Assembly: GCF_009834535.1 (NCBI RefSeq)
Contig: NC_045696.1
Span: forward strand, 118,856,001-118,920,000
DNA from: Camelus ferus
Taxonomy: Eukaryota
DNA length: 64,000 nucleotides
Direction of reading: 5' to 3'
Shown here in pieces: positions 24,431-36,860 of this stretch (within the stretch, counting starts at the first letter, position 1; every line of letters starts with the position of its first letter). The position numbers and the translations under genes were made by a program. The notes below the pieces were generated by a model that saw only the letters and a program-made list of their open reading frames with translations, was not told the origin of the DNA and made no database searches.

Positions 24431-26489
24431 ATTCATGTTTGCATTTGAATGTACATATTTCATTTCCTTCCTCTAAACAGAATTTAGAATTCTTTTAGCA
24501 ATTCAAAATTAACATTTACACATTTAAATAGATAAACTTTAATGTTTATAAATTAAACTTAAGAACAATTTGGGAGAAATATATAAATATTTTTAGATAA
24601 GCTATAGTCAGATAAAAATATTAAGCAGACTTCAAAATTATTTTTTCTGAGAATATTAATTGACATTGACATCTGTTTATGCTCTGAAGTGGGAAGAAAG
24701 CAACATGCAAAACTATATCAAGAATACAAATTTTCTAAAAATACATACATATGTGAGTACAAACAACTGGAGGATATTCATTGAAATGTTAGCAGTTATC
24801 TCTGGGGCAAAGATTGCAGGTGAATTTCAGTCTTGACTTCATCCAGGTCTATAGTTTCCACGTTTTCTATTATGAGTTAGTCTCACTATAATATTTGAGG
24901 GAAAATGGTTACCAACAAAGTATTTATTGAAATTAGCTCCTATCAAGGAAAAGATGTAACCAAAGCTATTTAATACTACTAGAAGTAATGTATTTCTGTA
25001 GCCTTTTGGGAAAAGGTTTTGTTTTTTGTCTACATGTCACAGACAAAAGTACACTATTTCCAGCCCTTGGTCTCCCTAGTATTTTCAATGCTTCCTCAGC
25101 AAAAGTATGAACCCTTAACAAAGGACCCTGACTCCCAGCAACTATCTTTCTGTAGAACCAGCTTTAATGTATTTCAAGGCTACGGGGAATCATTCAGAAA
25201 GCAAACGTTTGCTGAAGAGCTTTTAAAGAGAGTAAATCCAGCCAACAACTACAAGCCACTATGCAGTTGATTTCAACAGAACCTTTTTAAGTAATGGCTC
25301 AGATGTGAATATCAGCAACTTCGGGGGCTCCTGAAGGAAAGATAACTTCAAATGTCATTTGAGCACCACGGTTTGCAGACGGCTCCTCCTGGATGCTCAC
25401 AACAGCCCCGTGTGTCACTTGGTATCATTCCTGTTACTTATGGGAAAAAGAAATGGTTGTCATTTCTTTTTGAGTACAGGATTCAGAGAAAAGAAAATAT
25501 GCAAGTGAAATTAAGGTTGAGATTCTACGTGTTGCAATTATGTTACATAGTGCCATGTGTCACTTGCTTGCATTCCTACTATTTACGGAGTATCAGTTCT
25601 TTCACTCCACTCGTGAATTGATACTCCAACCCAAGACTTTGACTTCAAGTCTTACGTTCTTTCTTTCTTTGGACCATCCTTCCTTGCTAAATAAAATCAG
25701 TGAGTACTTTAAGCACCAATAGAGTAACTAAGGCAATTAACCAGGACGCACAACCTTACCAACCACGGCTTTCTAGACAGCAGAGTTTGAAGGTACCTCT
25801 CCTCTGTCCTACGCTCTTGTGGCCTCTTTGAGCCCCACAGAAAGAGCCACTGGTGGACTGGGGGTGGTCTGCAGACCCATCAGAAAGGCTTCCTCTAGAT
25901 GATCATCACCAGTGTGGTGGGTTCTGCCTCCAAGCATGACGGGTCCTCCACCCCCATACTGTCAGGATTTAGAGGTGGGGCAGGAGGGGGTGAAGGGTGA
26001 AAGGATGGCACAGGGTTTCAGGAGCTCACTCTCAGACTGGGCTCGGGGAGTCTGCCTGTCGTGGAATCACTAGGAGAACCACATAATAAGGCATTTAGCA
26101 GGAATGTGCTACAATGCACACTGACTATAACCTCCTAGGTCAGTTCCAGTTGCCACCCAAGTCTGAACACACTCAAGACATAAGCCAACACACCCAAGCA
26201 ATCCAAATCTACATTTTTTATAATGGATTGGCTAAATTTATATGTTAAGGAAAAAATGGCTTATATTTAAAAAAAATACATATTCTGTTTCGTTTTTTAA
26301 AAATATATATTCAATTTTTTAAAATCCCTAAGATTCCCCTGTAAGCATATAAGTTAATAATATAAAACAATGAAAATATCATCAGTTATATCTGTTGTCT
26401 GCTTAACAGAGCCACAAATCTCACCAATACTCATGACTGGCCTGTTAAGTTGGAGATGAGTCACCTCCAGGGTTTTCCCTTCTATTCTA

Positions 26490-27750
26490 AAGAAAAGACA
26501 TTGTCATCAAAGCTGGATATCCATATAAAAGAAACTGAATCTCAACCCTTATCTCATACCATACCAAAAAAAATTAACTCAAAATGGATCATATACCTAA
26601 CTGTGACAGCTAAAACTATTTATAGTTTGGGAAATCTAAAAGAAAGGCTTCTGGAGAATATCTTCGCAATTTGGGTTAGGCAAAGATTTCTTAAGGAAAA
26701 AGCTTTAACCATAAAAGAGAAAAATAAACCATTTAGAACTCCTGCCCCTCAGAAGACACCATTAGGAAAGGCAAAGATAAGCCACAGATGGAGACAAAAC
26801 ATCAGCAACACATCTACCTGACAAATACCTTGTATCCCAAATACGTCGAGAACACTTACAACCCAATAACAAGCAGCAGCCCGGTGGGAAAACAATAAGC
26901 AAAAGACTAGAACAGCCATTTCAAAAAGAAGTTATGCAAACAGCCAAAGAGCTCAGAAATAAAAGATACTCAACATCAACAGTCATCAGGGAAACTCAAA
27001 TCACAATCACAAAGAGATGCCACTCTGCACTCTCTAGAACTGGTGACAGTAGGAAGACTGACAACCCCAAATGTTGATGACGATGCAGAACAACTGAAAC
27101 TCTCCTGCACTGTCAGCGGGAACGTAAAATGGGACTGCCACTTTGGAAAGTAACTTGGTAGTTTGTTATAAAGTTAAGTGTTTACCCATCCCAGAACTTA
27201 GTCATTGAAATTTTAGGTATTTATTCAAGAGAAATGATAGCAAATATCCACAAAAGAAATGGATGTGAACGTTGTATAAGAGTTTTATTCATAACAGCCC
27301 CAAAGTGAAAGCAACCCAAACATCCGTCACAGATGAACGGACAAACAGACTGTGCTCTCTTTGTACGATGGATTTGACTACTCAGTAATAAAAAGGAGCA
27401 AGACGCTGACCCTCAGCGATGTGGATGGCTCTTGAAACCATTACGTGAACGATGCAAAAGAGTGTATACTGTGTAATTCCATGGATATCAAGTTGTAAAA
27501 CCAGAAAAACTTACCTATGGTGACAGAAATCAGAACAGTGGTTGCCTAGGGTTGGGGTGAAAGGAAGCTGTGGGGGATGTGCTTGAATTCAGGGAGGCAG
27601 GACGGAACTAAACTGGGTGATGGAGATACTCAACATCTCGAGTGTATGGTGATGCACAGGTGTATACAGTCGTCAAACCTCATCAAACAGTATATACTTT
27701 ACATTTGTGCATCTTATTATAAGTAAATTATCTACCAATAATTTGATTAG
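26490..27750 (+). mobile_element. Old L1 (L1MC/L1MD-like) 3' 1.2 kb
   Basis: KINSKWIIYL remnant in ORF 26450; 3' UTR motif ctatggtgacagaaatcagaacagtggttgcct. Confidence 0.85.
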
Positions 27751-27911
27751 TAACAAATTTTTAAAATACTTATGTACTTTCTAAAAATAAAACCTGCATA
27801 ACTCTATAACTTACAAACAGTAAGAATATTCATTTCATGGAAGCTATTGGTTAAAGTCTGTGAGTCTTTCTGTCTGGGCACGGATGAGGATACAGGATTT
27901 CACCTTATCAA

Positions 27912-28077
27912 TCTATAGCACAGGGAACTATATTCAATATCTTGTAGTAACCTATAATGAAAAAGAATATGAAGACAAATATATGTATGTATACGTATGA
28001 CCGAAACACTAGGCTGTACACCAGAAACTGACACAACATTGTAAACTGACTATACTATACTTCAATAGAAAAAAAAA
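27912..28077 (+). mobile_element. Young L1 3' tail
   Basis: tatagcacagggaactatattcaatatcttgta...gctgtacaccagaaactgacacaacattgtaaa plus polyA. Confidence 0.9.
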
Positions 28078-28719
28078 TTTCATTGCATGAGATCAAATCT
28101 ATCTTCTTAAGACAGTGAGTCTTATTCTTTCATGCCATCACTCCCCACCTCGCCATGTGAGTGCATGCATCTGGTGTGTGTGTATCTCTATGTGTGTGTC
28201 TGTGTCTCTGCGTGTATCTGTGAGTATATTTCCTTAAGCAACAGAGATCAATTATTAGTCAAAGATGGTTTATGGACAGTTCTACTGACATGGAGAAAAA
28301 GACTACAAATTTTGACCTCTCAATTTTAAATAATTTGATTTCAAGGTCTGTGTCTTGTCTGAACCAGACTGTCCATTATTACTGAATGAATGAGTGACTG
28401 AATAAATGAATGAATGAATCCTCATTCTTCACTCACTATAAACATTTTATTAGGTCTGCACCAAAAAATTATACCTGGCCTTAATGCCTATTGCCACATA
28501 CTGCATGTAACCACCTAATAAAAATAAAACAAAAACAAAAACAAAAAAACATTGAGAGTGATCAAACGGAAATATAAACGATTTAAGCAGGAAAAATCAG
28601 AGGTAGCCTATAAAGGAATATTCTCTCTACTTTGCCATGACAGTTATTTACACACAAATGCCTTCTGATATAAAGAGAGAAAAGGTGTTTATCATTTCTA
28701 ATTAAAAAGAAGTATAGTA

Positions 28720-28910
28720 TATGTAACGCTGGCTTTGATCCTGGATGGGCAGCGGGGCATGATAGGGATAAACATTTGAATGTGAATCATAGATTAGATA
28801 CTAGTTCTGTCTCAGTGTTAAATTTCCTGATTTGATCATTTTACTGTGGTTATGTAAGAGGATGTCCTTGGTCTCAGAAAATACATGTGGAAATACTTCA
28901 GGATAAAGAG
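28720..28910 (+). mobile_element. L1MC/L1ME 3' UTR fragment
   Basis: tgttaaatttcctgatttgatcattttactgtggttatgtaagag. Confidence 0.65.
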
Positions 28911-29196
28911 AATACAAAAACGAACGTGTTTAATATAAATAATGTGGAAAATACAGGAAAGTACAAATAATACAAAAATTGCCCACAATCCCATCACCCA
29001 GAAAAAACCCCCACAATTTTAGAGACATACAGCTTTTCATTTCTCATTTAAGTATGCTCCCATATCATTAAATATTCTTCGCAAGAATGATTTTCAACAG
29101 CTGAATAGTGCCATGACTTATTTTATTGTATGTATTACTGCATGTAGTAGGTACATAAATGATTTCAGCTTCTTCATTATTGAAATTACATAGTGC

Positions 29197-29341
29197 GGGG
29201 GGGGGTATAGCTCAGTGGTAGAGTGTGTGCTTAGCATGCATGAGGTCATGGGTTTAATCCTCAGTACCACCATTAAATAAATAAATAAACAAACCTAATT
29301 ACCCACCCCTCAAAAAAATGATAAAAAATAAAAAGAGAAAA
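29197..29341 (+). mobile_element. Vic-1-type SINE, long form
   Basis: TSD gaaatta(ca/tg)tagtgc at 29182-29196 and 29342-29356. Confidence 0.93.
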
Positions 29342-29778
29342 GAAATTATGTAGTGCTAACCTCTTGTGCATTAGTCTGTCCTAAGAGACAATTATTTCCA
29401 TAGGATGTTAAGCATGAGGGAGGCAGTTTGTCCAAGGGGGAGCCTCTGCTCTTTCCTGAATCACAGGTCTAATGAGCCAGTTGAGTAGATTGGTCAGACA
29501 CCAGTGGTAACTGGAAAGAGGCACTGGTCTGGCGTCTGCCTGAGGCACCCATGCAAAGACGGCCACCTCTTTCCTGCCCGGACCGAGTTTGCCCCCACTG
29601 CCCACAGGGAATCCCTTGCCACACTTCCATAGTTATCCAACTTTCTCTGTTCAAGACTTGTTTCATGTCTGTGTGGAGGAATGAGTTCTCACCGTTGTGG
29701 TCATCAGTCCTCTCTTCTGAACACCACAGCAAGACGTACACGTGTGTTAGTACTGGCCTGTGGGAAGTCTAGCCCCCC

Positions 29779-29925
29779 ACGCTGTCCAACAGGACTCGCT
29801 GTGATAACGGAAATGTTCTTTATCTGTGCTGCCCAGTCCAGTAGCCAACGGCCACACATGGCGAGGGGGCGTTCAAAATGTGGCCGGGGTGAGTGGGGCA
29901 ACTATTTTCTGATTCTATTTCAGTC
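29779..29925 (+). mobile_element. MER3 fragment
   Basis: cgctgtccaacagga...ggaaatgttctttatctgtgctg...gtagcca. Confidence 0.75.
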
Positions 29926-30724
29926 GAAGCCAAGCCAAGTCAAAAAGTTACAGATGTTACCTTCTGGAGTGAGGCACAAGGCTGGGAGCTGTCGGATGGA
30001 GGAGCAGGAAGAACACTCAGGTTTTTCACACCTTCCACGCCTGTTTGGTTTGATTCCCATTCAACAACTACGTATTACTTTTGAGAGTTAGAGAACAGTA
30101 AAGACAAAAAGGAGGGTGGAATGACCACCCAGGCTGTATCTGAGTTAATACGCATGCTCAGTGAACTGGTGCACATCAGGAAACCACACGTTTTCTTTTG
30201 ATCAGCAGAACAGACCTGAACTCAAGGAGGGAAGTTTCTTGAAGGTAGGCTCGGGTTCCTCTCCCCGTACCTCTCCAAGTCCCAAGCAAACTTGCCGTAT
30301 TTAATGAAAAATTGATCAATTACATGTTTCAACGCCCCATTGCCTACCATTACTGTATCCGAGAGTGGTTAATGAAATTTGACCACTCAGAGCCGACAAC
30401 CTAATGGTCAGAAATGCTTTGCATCCAGCTAATGAATATTGCCTGCAGATTTAACTGAAGCCAGTACTTTATGTGAACTCTGGGTTTTATGAGGTTTTTC
30501 AGCTAGAAAACACATTTCCTTTCCACGTATGCTAATCCACAAGAAGAAAAACATTTCAGGAAAAAGTAATTTTACAATTTCTGATTTTTTAGGGGGGAGG
30601 GGGTAGACGTTGAGGAAAAAATATTAAAACTTTATCAATACGATCTTCTTAAAAGCCCTCATCAGAAAAAGGTTATTAGTTATATCAAATATTAAAGAGA
30701 TTTCTTCAGTTGTAAATTATATCC

Positions 30725-30975
30725 CAGTGGCCTTCAAACTTTCCTTGACCATAATCTACAATATGAAAATGATTTTACACACAGACATTCACCTCTACAT
30801 ACATAACTGAAACAAAAGTTTACCCCTACCCTAAGATGCACAGAGATGTTTTCTATTTTATTGTAAATTCTTCTATATAATCTCTCCTATTTCAAATCTT
30901 TGAAAATGCTTGTTATAACTCACAACACTGGTTTCATAACCTACTAATAGATCAAGAAATATAACTTGCTTTTAA
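30725..30975. mobile_element. hAT-Charlie family MITE (subfamily uncertain)
   Basis: cagtggccttcaaactt TIR-like start; internal ataactgaaacaaaagttt and aaaatgct...cctactaat. Confidence 0.6.
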
Positions 30976-32845
30976 AGTAAGAGAAGAAAAGGAGGAGGTT
31001 GATCAATTGATTGATTGATTGACTAATTGATTCCAGAAACAGGAAAAAGAAAGATAAGATATCCCAGAGATGGGGGGAAGGATGGAAAACATCAGAAGTG
31101 GGAGGAAGAGTGAGAGGAAAAAGGATCGCAGTTCCCCCAATCTGTATTGCTCAGGTCAATGTCTGCCGAGGTGGACTTCTCCTACCGAGAAGACCGACTC
31201 AAAACCTCCTGCCCTGGGCTTTCAACTCTCCCCAGTATCCCCGAGTCCTTTATTCTGCTGCCTGTCACCTCTCAATTATCGGAAAGCATATGTTTTGCTC
31301 TAAGATCACCAAGTCCTCTCGTGGGGGCCCTGAATATCCTCCTCCATCGTTGATCCTCTCTCTCCATCCTTCCAAAGATGGGCCCTTCATCCTTCTACTG
31401 ATGGCTCCTTCTCCTTTCCCCCTTTCCCTTGGATGTCCACCCTTCTCTTTGCCCCTATTTCTTCTCTCTCTTGCTCTCCTGGCTGTGCCTCTACCCTGTA
31501 ACTAACTGCCTATTACAAGATCAATGTAAAACACTACATTGGGTTCAAAAATTCAACTTTACAAGCACTATAGAGGGTGAGCTGTGTAAGTGAAAATTTA
31601 GTTTCTCAAACTCTGAGAGCTCCTAGACCTCGGAGAAAACCCCTGCAGACCACCAAGGTGGCTTGGCTTCCATTCTGGGGGTTCTGTGGTCTGTGATTGT
31701 GAACAGAGCTGATGTGAGCCTATGGAGCAACAGTGGATGAATGTGGTGTTTAGGACAAAGGACAGACAGCTGGAGAGGATTCTGCAAATGACAGCTCATG
31801 GAAGGAAGCAGGCTGTGAGGACACAGTGCATAGACTGGGCAGGGAGAAGTCTGCCAGCGGGAAGCCCAGTTAGCAGTTTGGACCAGTGCCCAGCCCAGAC
31901 AGTAAAGACCCAGCCCAGACAGCAAAGACCTAAACTACATATAGCAATGGAAAGGAAGAAAGAAAGGACGGGTAGTTCCAAAGAACCTCTTAGCATTCTT
32001 AGCCGGGATACCAGGTTTTTAAAAATCTGCAAAAGCATGGGAATCTTATTAAAGCCTCCTATCATTCTGAAGGTAACCGTGAACCCACTCTCCATAGCTC
32101 TTGCAAACTTAGAACATGCAGATGAAAATTAAATGACCCAAAGGGGAAAAAACATAGGAGGTTTTTTTGAGGAGGCAGAGACGAAGCCTGGTTCACATTC
32201 AGCTGGGAACAGCTTGCCAGCCTTGGCTGCTAGTCCATTTTCTTCATCCCTGAGACAGGAAATTACACGACGCCCAAAATACACTCCCCTGCAAGTCCAG
32301 GACTGAGCGCAGCTGTTCCGACAGCACTTCCTGCATCCGGGCTCCGCATGTGAACACTGTGCATTGCCAGGATGTTTGTTGAGCACCTACTCTGTGCAAG
32401 GTACATTGTTAGGGCTGTGTTAGCCTTATATGTGAGCCCAAGAAAAGGATATGCTGGCTCTGAGCTGCAGCAGAAATGCAGGCCCCTTGACCTCTTGCCA
32501 AATTCCCCAAGCATTGCCTATTGCCTAGGTCAGTTCTTGCATCTCCTGTGCAGGACCTGGGAGGGTTCTTCCTACCCCAATCCCCTCCCCTGAGACCCCA
32601 GAACCACCCTTTTTGACGTGAGGCACTCGATACCTGCAGGGGTTTTGTCTCACCCATGTCTATGTGTATATGTGTTTCCGAAGCTCAAGGAACAAATGAA
32701 CATTATTAAACATGGCTTTCTAGAAGATGTGTGCGAGTGTTTATGGTTCATAAAGTGCTGTCCGGGACTCTCTCTTTTTCCTGAGCTCTTCAGTCTCTTG
32801 CCTTGATCCTGTGTTTTCTTAACCAAAAAAAGAACGAAAGGGAAG

Positions 32846-32945
32846 NNNNNNNNNNNNNNNNNNNNNNNNNNNNNNNNNNNNNNNNNNNNNNNNNNNNNNN
32901 NNNNNNNNNNNNNNNNNNNNNNNNNNNNNNNNNNNNNNNNNNNNN
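32846..32945. other. Assembly gap (100 N)
   Basis: Run of n. Confidence 1.
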
Positions 32946-33052
32946 AAGAAAAAGAAAAGAAAAGAAAAGAAAAGAAAAGAAAAGAAAGAGGAAGGAAGAA
33001 AGGAGGGAGAGAGGGAGGGGAGGGAGGGGAGGGAGGGAGGAAAGAAAGAGGA
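32946..33052. repeat. (AAAAG)n / (GGGA)n polypurine tract abutting the gap
   Basis: Seen directly. Confidence 0.95.
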
Positions 33053-33189
33053 AAGATTGTAAAACATGAACTAAAAACAAACCTTCCTTATTTCCCAAAG
33101 TGGGAGACACTTTTTTTTTTTTTAAGTGCCTGGCAGAGGAAGCATGGTTGCAAATGTCACCCGGCACTAAACCAGATTAATTTTCCATT

Positions 33190-33520
33190 CAGGAAGAAAA
33201 GTAAGCAAATTGGGCGAAAGGAGGCGAATTGCACGGCCCTATTATTTAGCACCTTTGAAATGAAAGCCAATGGAGCTGTCGCAGCGCCTGCTGACGCGAG
33301 CTTTCCCTTCCTCCATCTAACGCCCGCCCACAGGTTGCCTGGCAACCGCATCACCCGGCTGAGAACACTCCCCAGCAAAAACCGACCCTGCATTTTAATT
33401 TTTGTGCTGATGCTTAAGTGGGATAAATAAACAAACAAATGTGATCGCCCTGCAACAGTATTCATTTTGACTACTAAGCACAATGTGTAGATGACAAGAC
33501 GGCAATTAGTGTGGTACAAA
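33190..33520. promoter_or_regulatory. Candidate enhancer/promoter with perfect RFX X-box
   Basis: GGTTGCCTGGCAACC 33333-33347, CCTTTGAA 33252, AGCCAATG 33265, FOX-like TAAATAAACAAACA 33424, locally retained CpGs. Confidence 0.5.
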
Positions 33521-33973
33521 AAACTGGTAAAACCTTCCTCTCTCCAGGCACATTTTGTTTAAGAAATCTGAAAATTCTGGGTAGGCTTGGGGAAAAACTT
33601 AGTCAAATGGGCGTATGAAGTTAAGAATGAAAGCTGAATTTCACCCCAAAAACTCTAACGTCTATGATAACATGAAGAATTAAATATTAGTTTTTACTGT
33701 CCCTTAATTGGAATAGCTTCTCAGGGGTAGGAAATGACACTAGATGTGCTATGCTAAACAGATCTGGGAGGCCACATCCAACCCAGCCTTGCCCTCCCTC
33801 TCAAATGCAGTAGAAATAATCACTTACATGCACAGCAGAAAAAAGAGGGCAGGTTGAGCTGGAGGTTTTACATCGATGCATAGTTGCTGCTTTGTGTTTT
33901 AAACAAAAGAGTTTGAATGGAACGTGTTATAAGTAACTCCTGACAGTCTCTAGTGCCTTTTATTCACAACTTA

Positions 33974-34322
33974 ATATGATAAGCCCATTTTTAGTATTTT
34001 AGGGAACCTCCATACTGCTTACCATAGTGGCTGCACCAATTTACATTCCCACCAATATTGTAGGAGGGTTCCCTTTTCTCCACACCCTCTCCAGCATTAT
34101 TGTTTGTGGACTTTTGAACGATGGCCATTCTGACTGGTGTGGGGTGATACCTCATTGTAGTTTTGATTTGCATTTCTCTAATAATTAGTGATATTGAGCA
34201 TCTTTGCCTGTGTCTGTTGGCCATCTGGGTATCTTCTTCGGAAAGAAATCTATTTAGGTCTTCTGCCCATTTTTTGATTGGGTTGCTTTTTTTTTAAATT
34301 AAGGTACATGAGCTGTTTGTAT
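33974..34322 (-). mobile_element. Internal fragment of a young L1 (ORF2 C-terminal region), no polyA
   Basis: ORF 33991-34224 [14 protein letters not shown]; collinear with 56404-56755. Confidence 0.92.
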
Positions 34323-34539
34323 TCACAACATTAAAGGTGCACCCTCATGGAGTGATTTAAGTGTTCCTAACTTGGGGCCAGGAATGATCGTTTTTGCCAC
34401 TTCTGAAATTCACCCTTCTAGTTCATCATGAACATGACAGGAAAGTGCAGCACACCTTTTGTCGCTTGAATATGTAGTAAGATTTTTGCCTGGAAACTTA
34501 CCTGAAAACATTCTTTTAAGTAATTATCCAAACAAATAA

Positions 34540-34730
34540 AGCAAGGACTTTGGATTCAAATTTGGGCTCCCCTGCTCATCAGCTGTGGGACCAAATTCAC
34601 GTCTGGTCTTATTTTTTCATTGGTAAAGCGGACACCTGTACTAATCACCTCTTTGAGCAGCTGTGGGCTGCGATCACCTAGCACGATGCTGTCATACGGT
34701 AAGCACTCAATTCCAGCCATTATTATTATT
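34540..34730 (+). mobile_element. MIR
   Basis: ggactttggattcaaat...agctgtgggacc...cacctagcacgatgctgtcatacggtaagcactcaa. Confidence 0.55.
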
Positions 34731-34766
34731 GGCTACGCAGTGTAGTATTATGAATCTAGAGGTTTT

Positions 34767-35898
34767 GATACACTGCCCAGATCCCCCTTTGGGAGTGAAG
34801 GAGTTACTCTCCTAGCCTCTGGGAAGGCTGCTGCAAGACAGCCTTCAGCTCTGAACCTTCTTTGAGGACTGCCTTGGCTGAAAAACACTGCTGAGCCTAC
34901 ATCATGTGGGCTCCCAGGAGCAGCCTGAAACCAATGAGTGGTCCCCCCAGGATGAAAGTGTCCCTCCCTTTCACTCCCACCAGGACAGCTCAGGAGGGCT
35001 GTCTGTGCTCCAGAATACCCCCACAGAGTTGGCTAAGGCCTTCCGTGGGTCTGTAATGGAGCAGGACTCTGTGGGGGCTTTCCCAGGATAGACTCCGCCC
35101 CATGTCCTCCACTTGCCTTTTGTCTGTAGAAAATCTTTAGCCGAAGAATAAATTTAATCAGAGAAATGAAAAAAGCAAAGAAAAGCAGTCCAATAGGACA
35201 AAATAATAGTTTAGTCATTAAACAAAGTCAAGGACCCTTAATTCTTCCTCAAGGGCTACAGTTACTACTCTGAGCCGTATCCTTTGAGCTGTTTTACAGA
35301 TACTAAAACCCCCACCAGGTGGAAGAAGTTAACTACACAACAACGAGACCGTAGCCATGACGTAAGCTGCTCCATCTTGCACAATTCTAAGAACTGATCT
35401 CAAGGAAATGGGAATAAACTGACTCTAGAACTGAAGATTAATGCTGACCAGACCACTGCACGACCAGTTTCAAGATTATTATCAGAGCCAACTGTGCTGC
35501 ACTGCATGTAGCCCCCTCCTTCCCCCTATGCATCCCTGAAACTCCCCTTGAAAAGCTCTTGCCCCCTGATTGAGCATGGGGGGTTGGCTATTGGACATGA
35601 GTCCACCTTCTCCTCAGGTTGCCAGCCTCCCGAATAAAGCAACCTTTCCTTTCCTACCAACACCTTTCTCTAGAGTATTGGCTTTTGAGCAGTGAGCAGC
35701 TGGACCTGAATTTGGTAACATGCCTACATCACAAGGGAATGCTCCTTCTGTCTAGTCCTTCTCTGCCTTTTTGCAGAGGATTTTGGCCATTTTGCAGAGG
35801 ACTTTGCACTGTGGATTTCAACAGCACTACCTAATAAACACCCTGCATCACCAGTGTACATCTCAGAGTCTGCTTCCTGGGGAAACAACCAGCCACAA
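34767..35898 (+). mobile_element. LTR16-like ERVL solo LTR, split by an ERV1 LTR
   Basis: cactgcccagatccccc...cagccttcagct and ctaataaacaccctgca...tctcagagtctgcttcctgggga. Confidence 0.75.
35052..35720 (+). mobile_element. ERV1-type solo LTR (669 bp)
   Basis: TGTAA...TAACA termini, AATAAA at 35633, ERV1-style U5 (gagcagctggacctgaatttggtaaca). Confidence 0.8.
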
Positions 35899-36714
35899 TG
35901 AGCTGTTACAAATATACTTAAGATTTTTAGTGATCATGGTGTACCTGTATGTAAAAAGAGGAGAATCCCCAACTCAACACACGGCATGGTCTCAGCTATG
36001 ATAAGTTATATTTATGAGAGTGGGTATGACTGAAGGACCAGAAAAATACACCAAAATTAGCAACGTTTCTGCCTGGGCCGGGGGTAGGATTGGAGGTGAT
36101 TTTTATTTGCTTTATACTTTTCTGTGCCTTCCAAATTTCTCACAAGGAGAAAATTACTTTTCTGTGTGGCAAGGATGCATCTTCTAAGGACTGAGCCCCA
36201 CCCGCTACTTTACTTCCCCCAAGGAGCTGTGCTTTCTGATCGACATGAATGAGGATGAGCCAAATCTAGAATGCTCCTCACCCCCATAGCCCATTTGCTC
36301 ACCGCCAGGCTTCCAATGGCTGGAACCAGGAGTTCTCCAGCTTCCACTAAGGAATCTCTTCCTCAAATGTAAGTTTACTCAGGTACTCGATACAGAACAC
36401 ATCTAAACTCAGGACTTTTCTGATAGAAGTCAAGACTGGGGAGAAAGTAGGGGGAGGAGGGAAGAGATGCGAGCTTCTGCTTCTTGGTCAAGTCCCTAAG
36501 ATGTTATTTTGAAAACCCTGAACCAGAGTTAGGATTTTTCAATGTCACACAGCCCTTGTTTCAACCTTGGTGATGTGATTGGAAGGGCAAGACATGACTT
36601 AAGTCTGGCTGGAAAAACACAAGCAAGAAATAAGAAACCAGAAACCAGAAATGAGAGAGTGGGAAACATTTTGGCACTGTAAATGAGTGCAGGAGGAGTC
36701 CAGATACAGGATGT

Positions 36715-36860
36715 CTACAGGCTGGAAAAATCAGAAAGGGCTTCATGGAGAAAGCAGGTCTTGACTGTGTCTTGAAGAATGAGTAACATTTAACAAAGCA
36801 AAGGGCAACAGTGAGGTCATCTTGGAGAAGGGCAGTGGCCAAAGCACAGAAGGGAAGTGA
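36715..36860 (-). mobile_element. L2 fragment
   Basis: tcagaaagggcttcatggagaaag...gtcttgaagaatgagta. Confidence 0.6.

Noticed and set aside
32790..33167. ORFs spanning the gap
   Set aside because: Artefacts of N run and microsatellite.
33260..33350. MHC-II-type SXY enhanceosome module (X-box, CRE-like, CCAAT)
   Set aside because: X-to-Y spacing is about 60 bp rather than the constrained roughly 20 bp.
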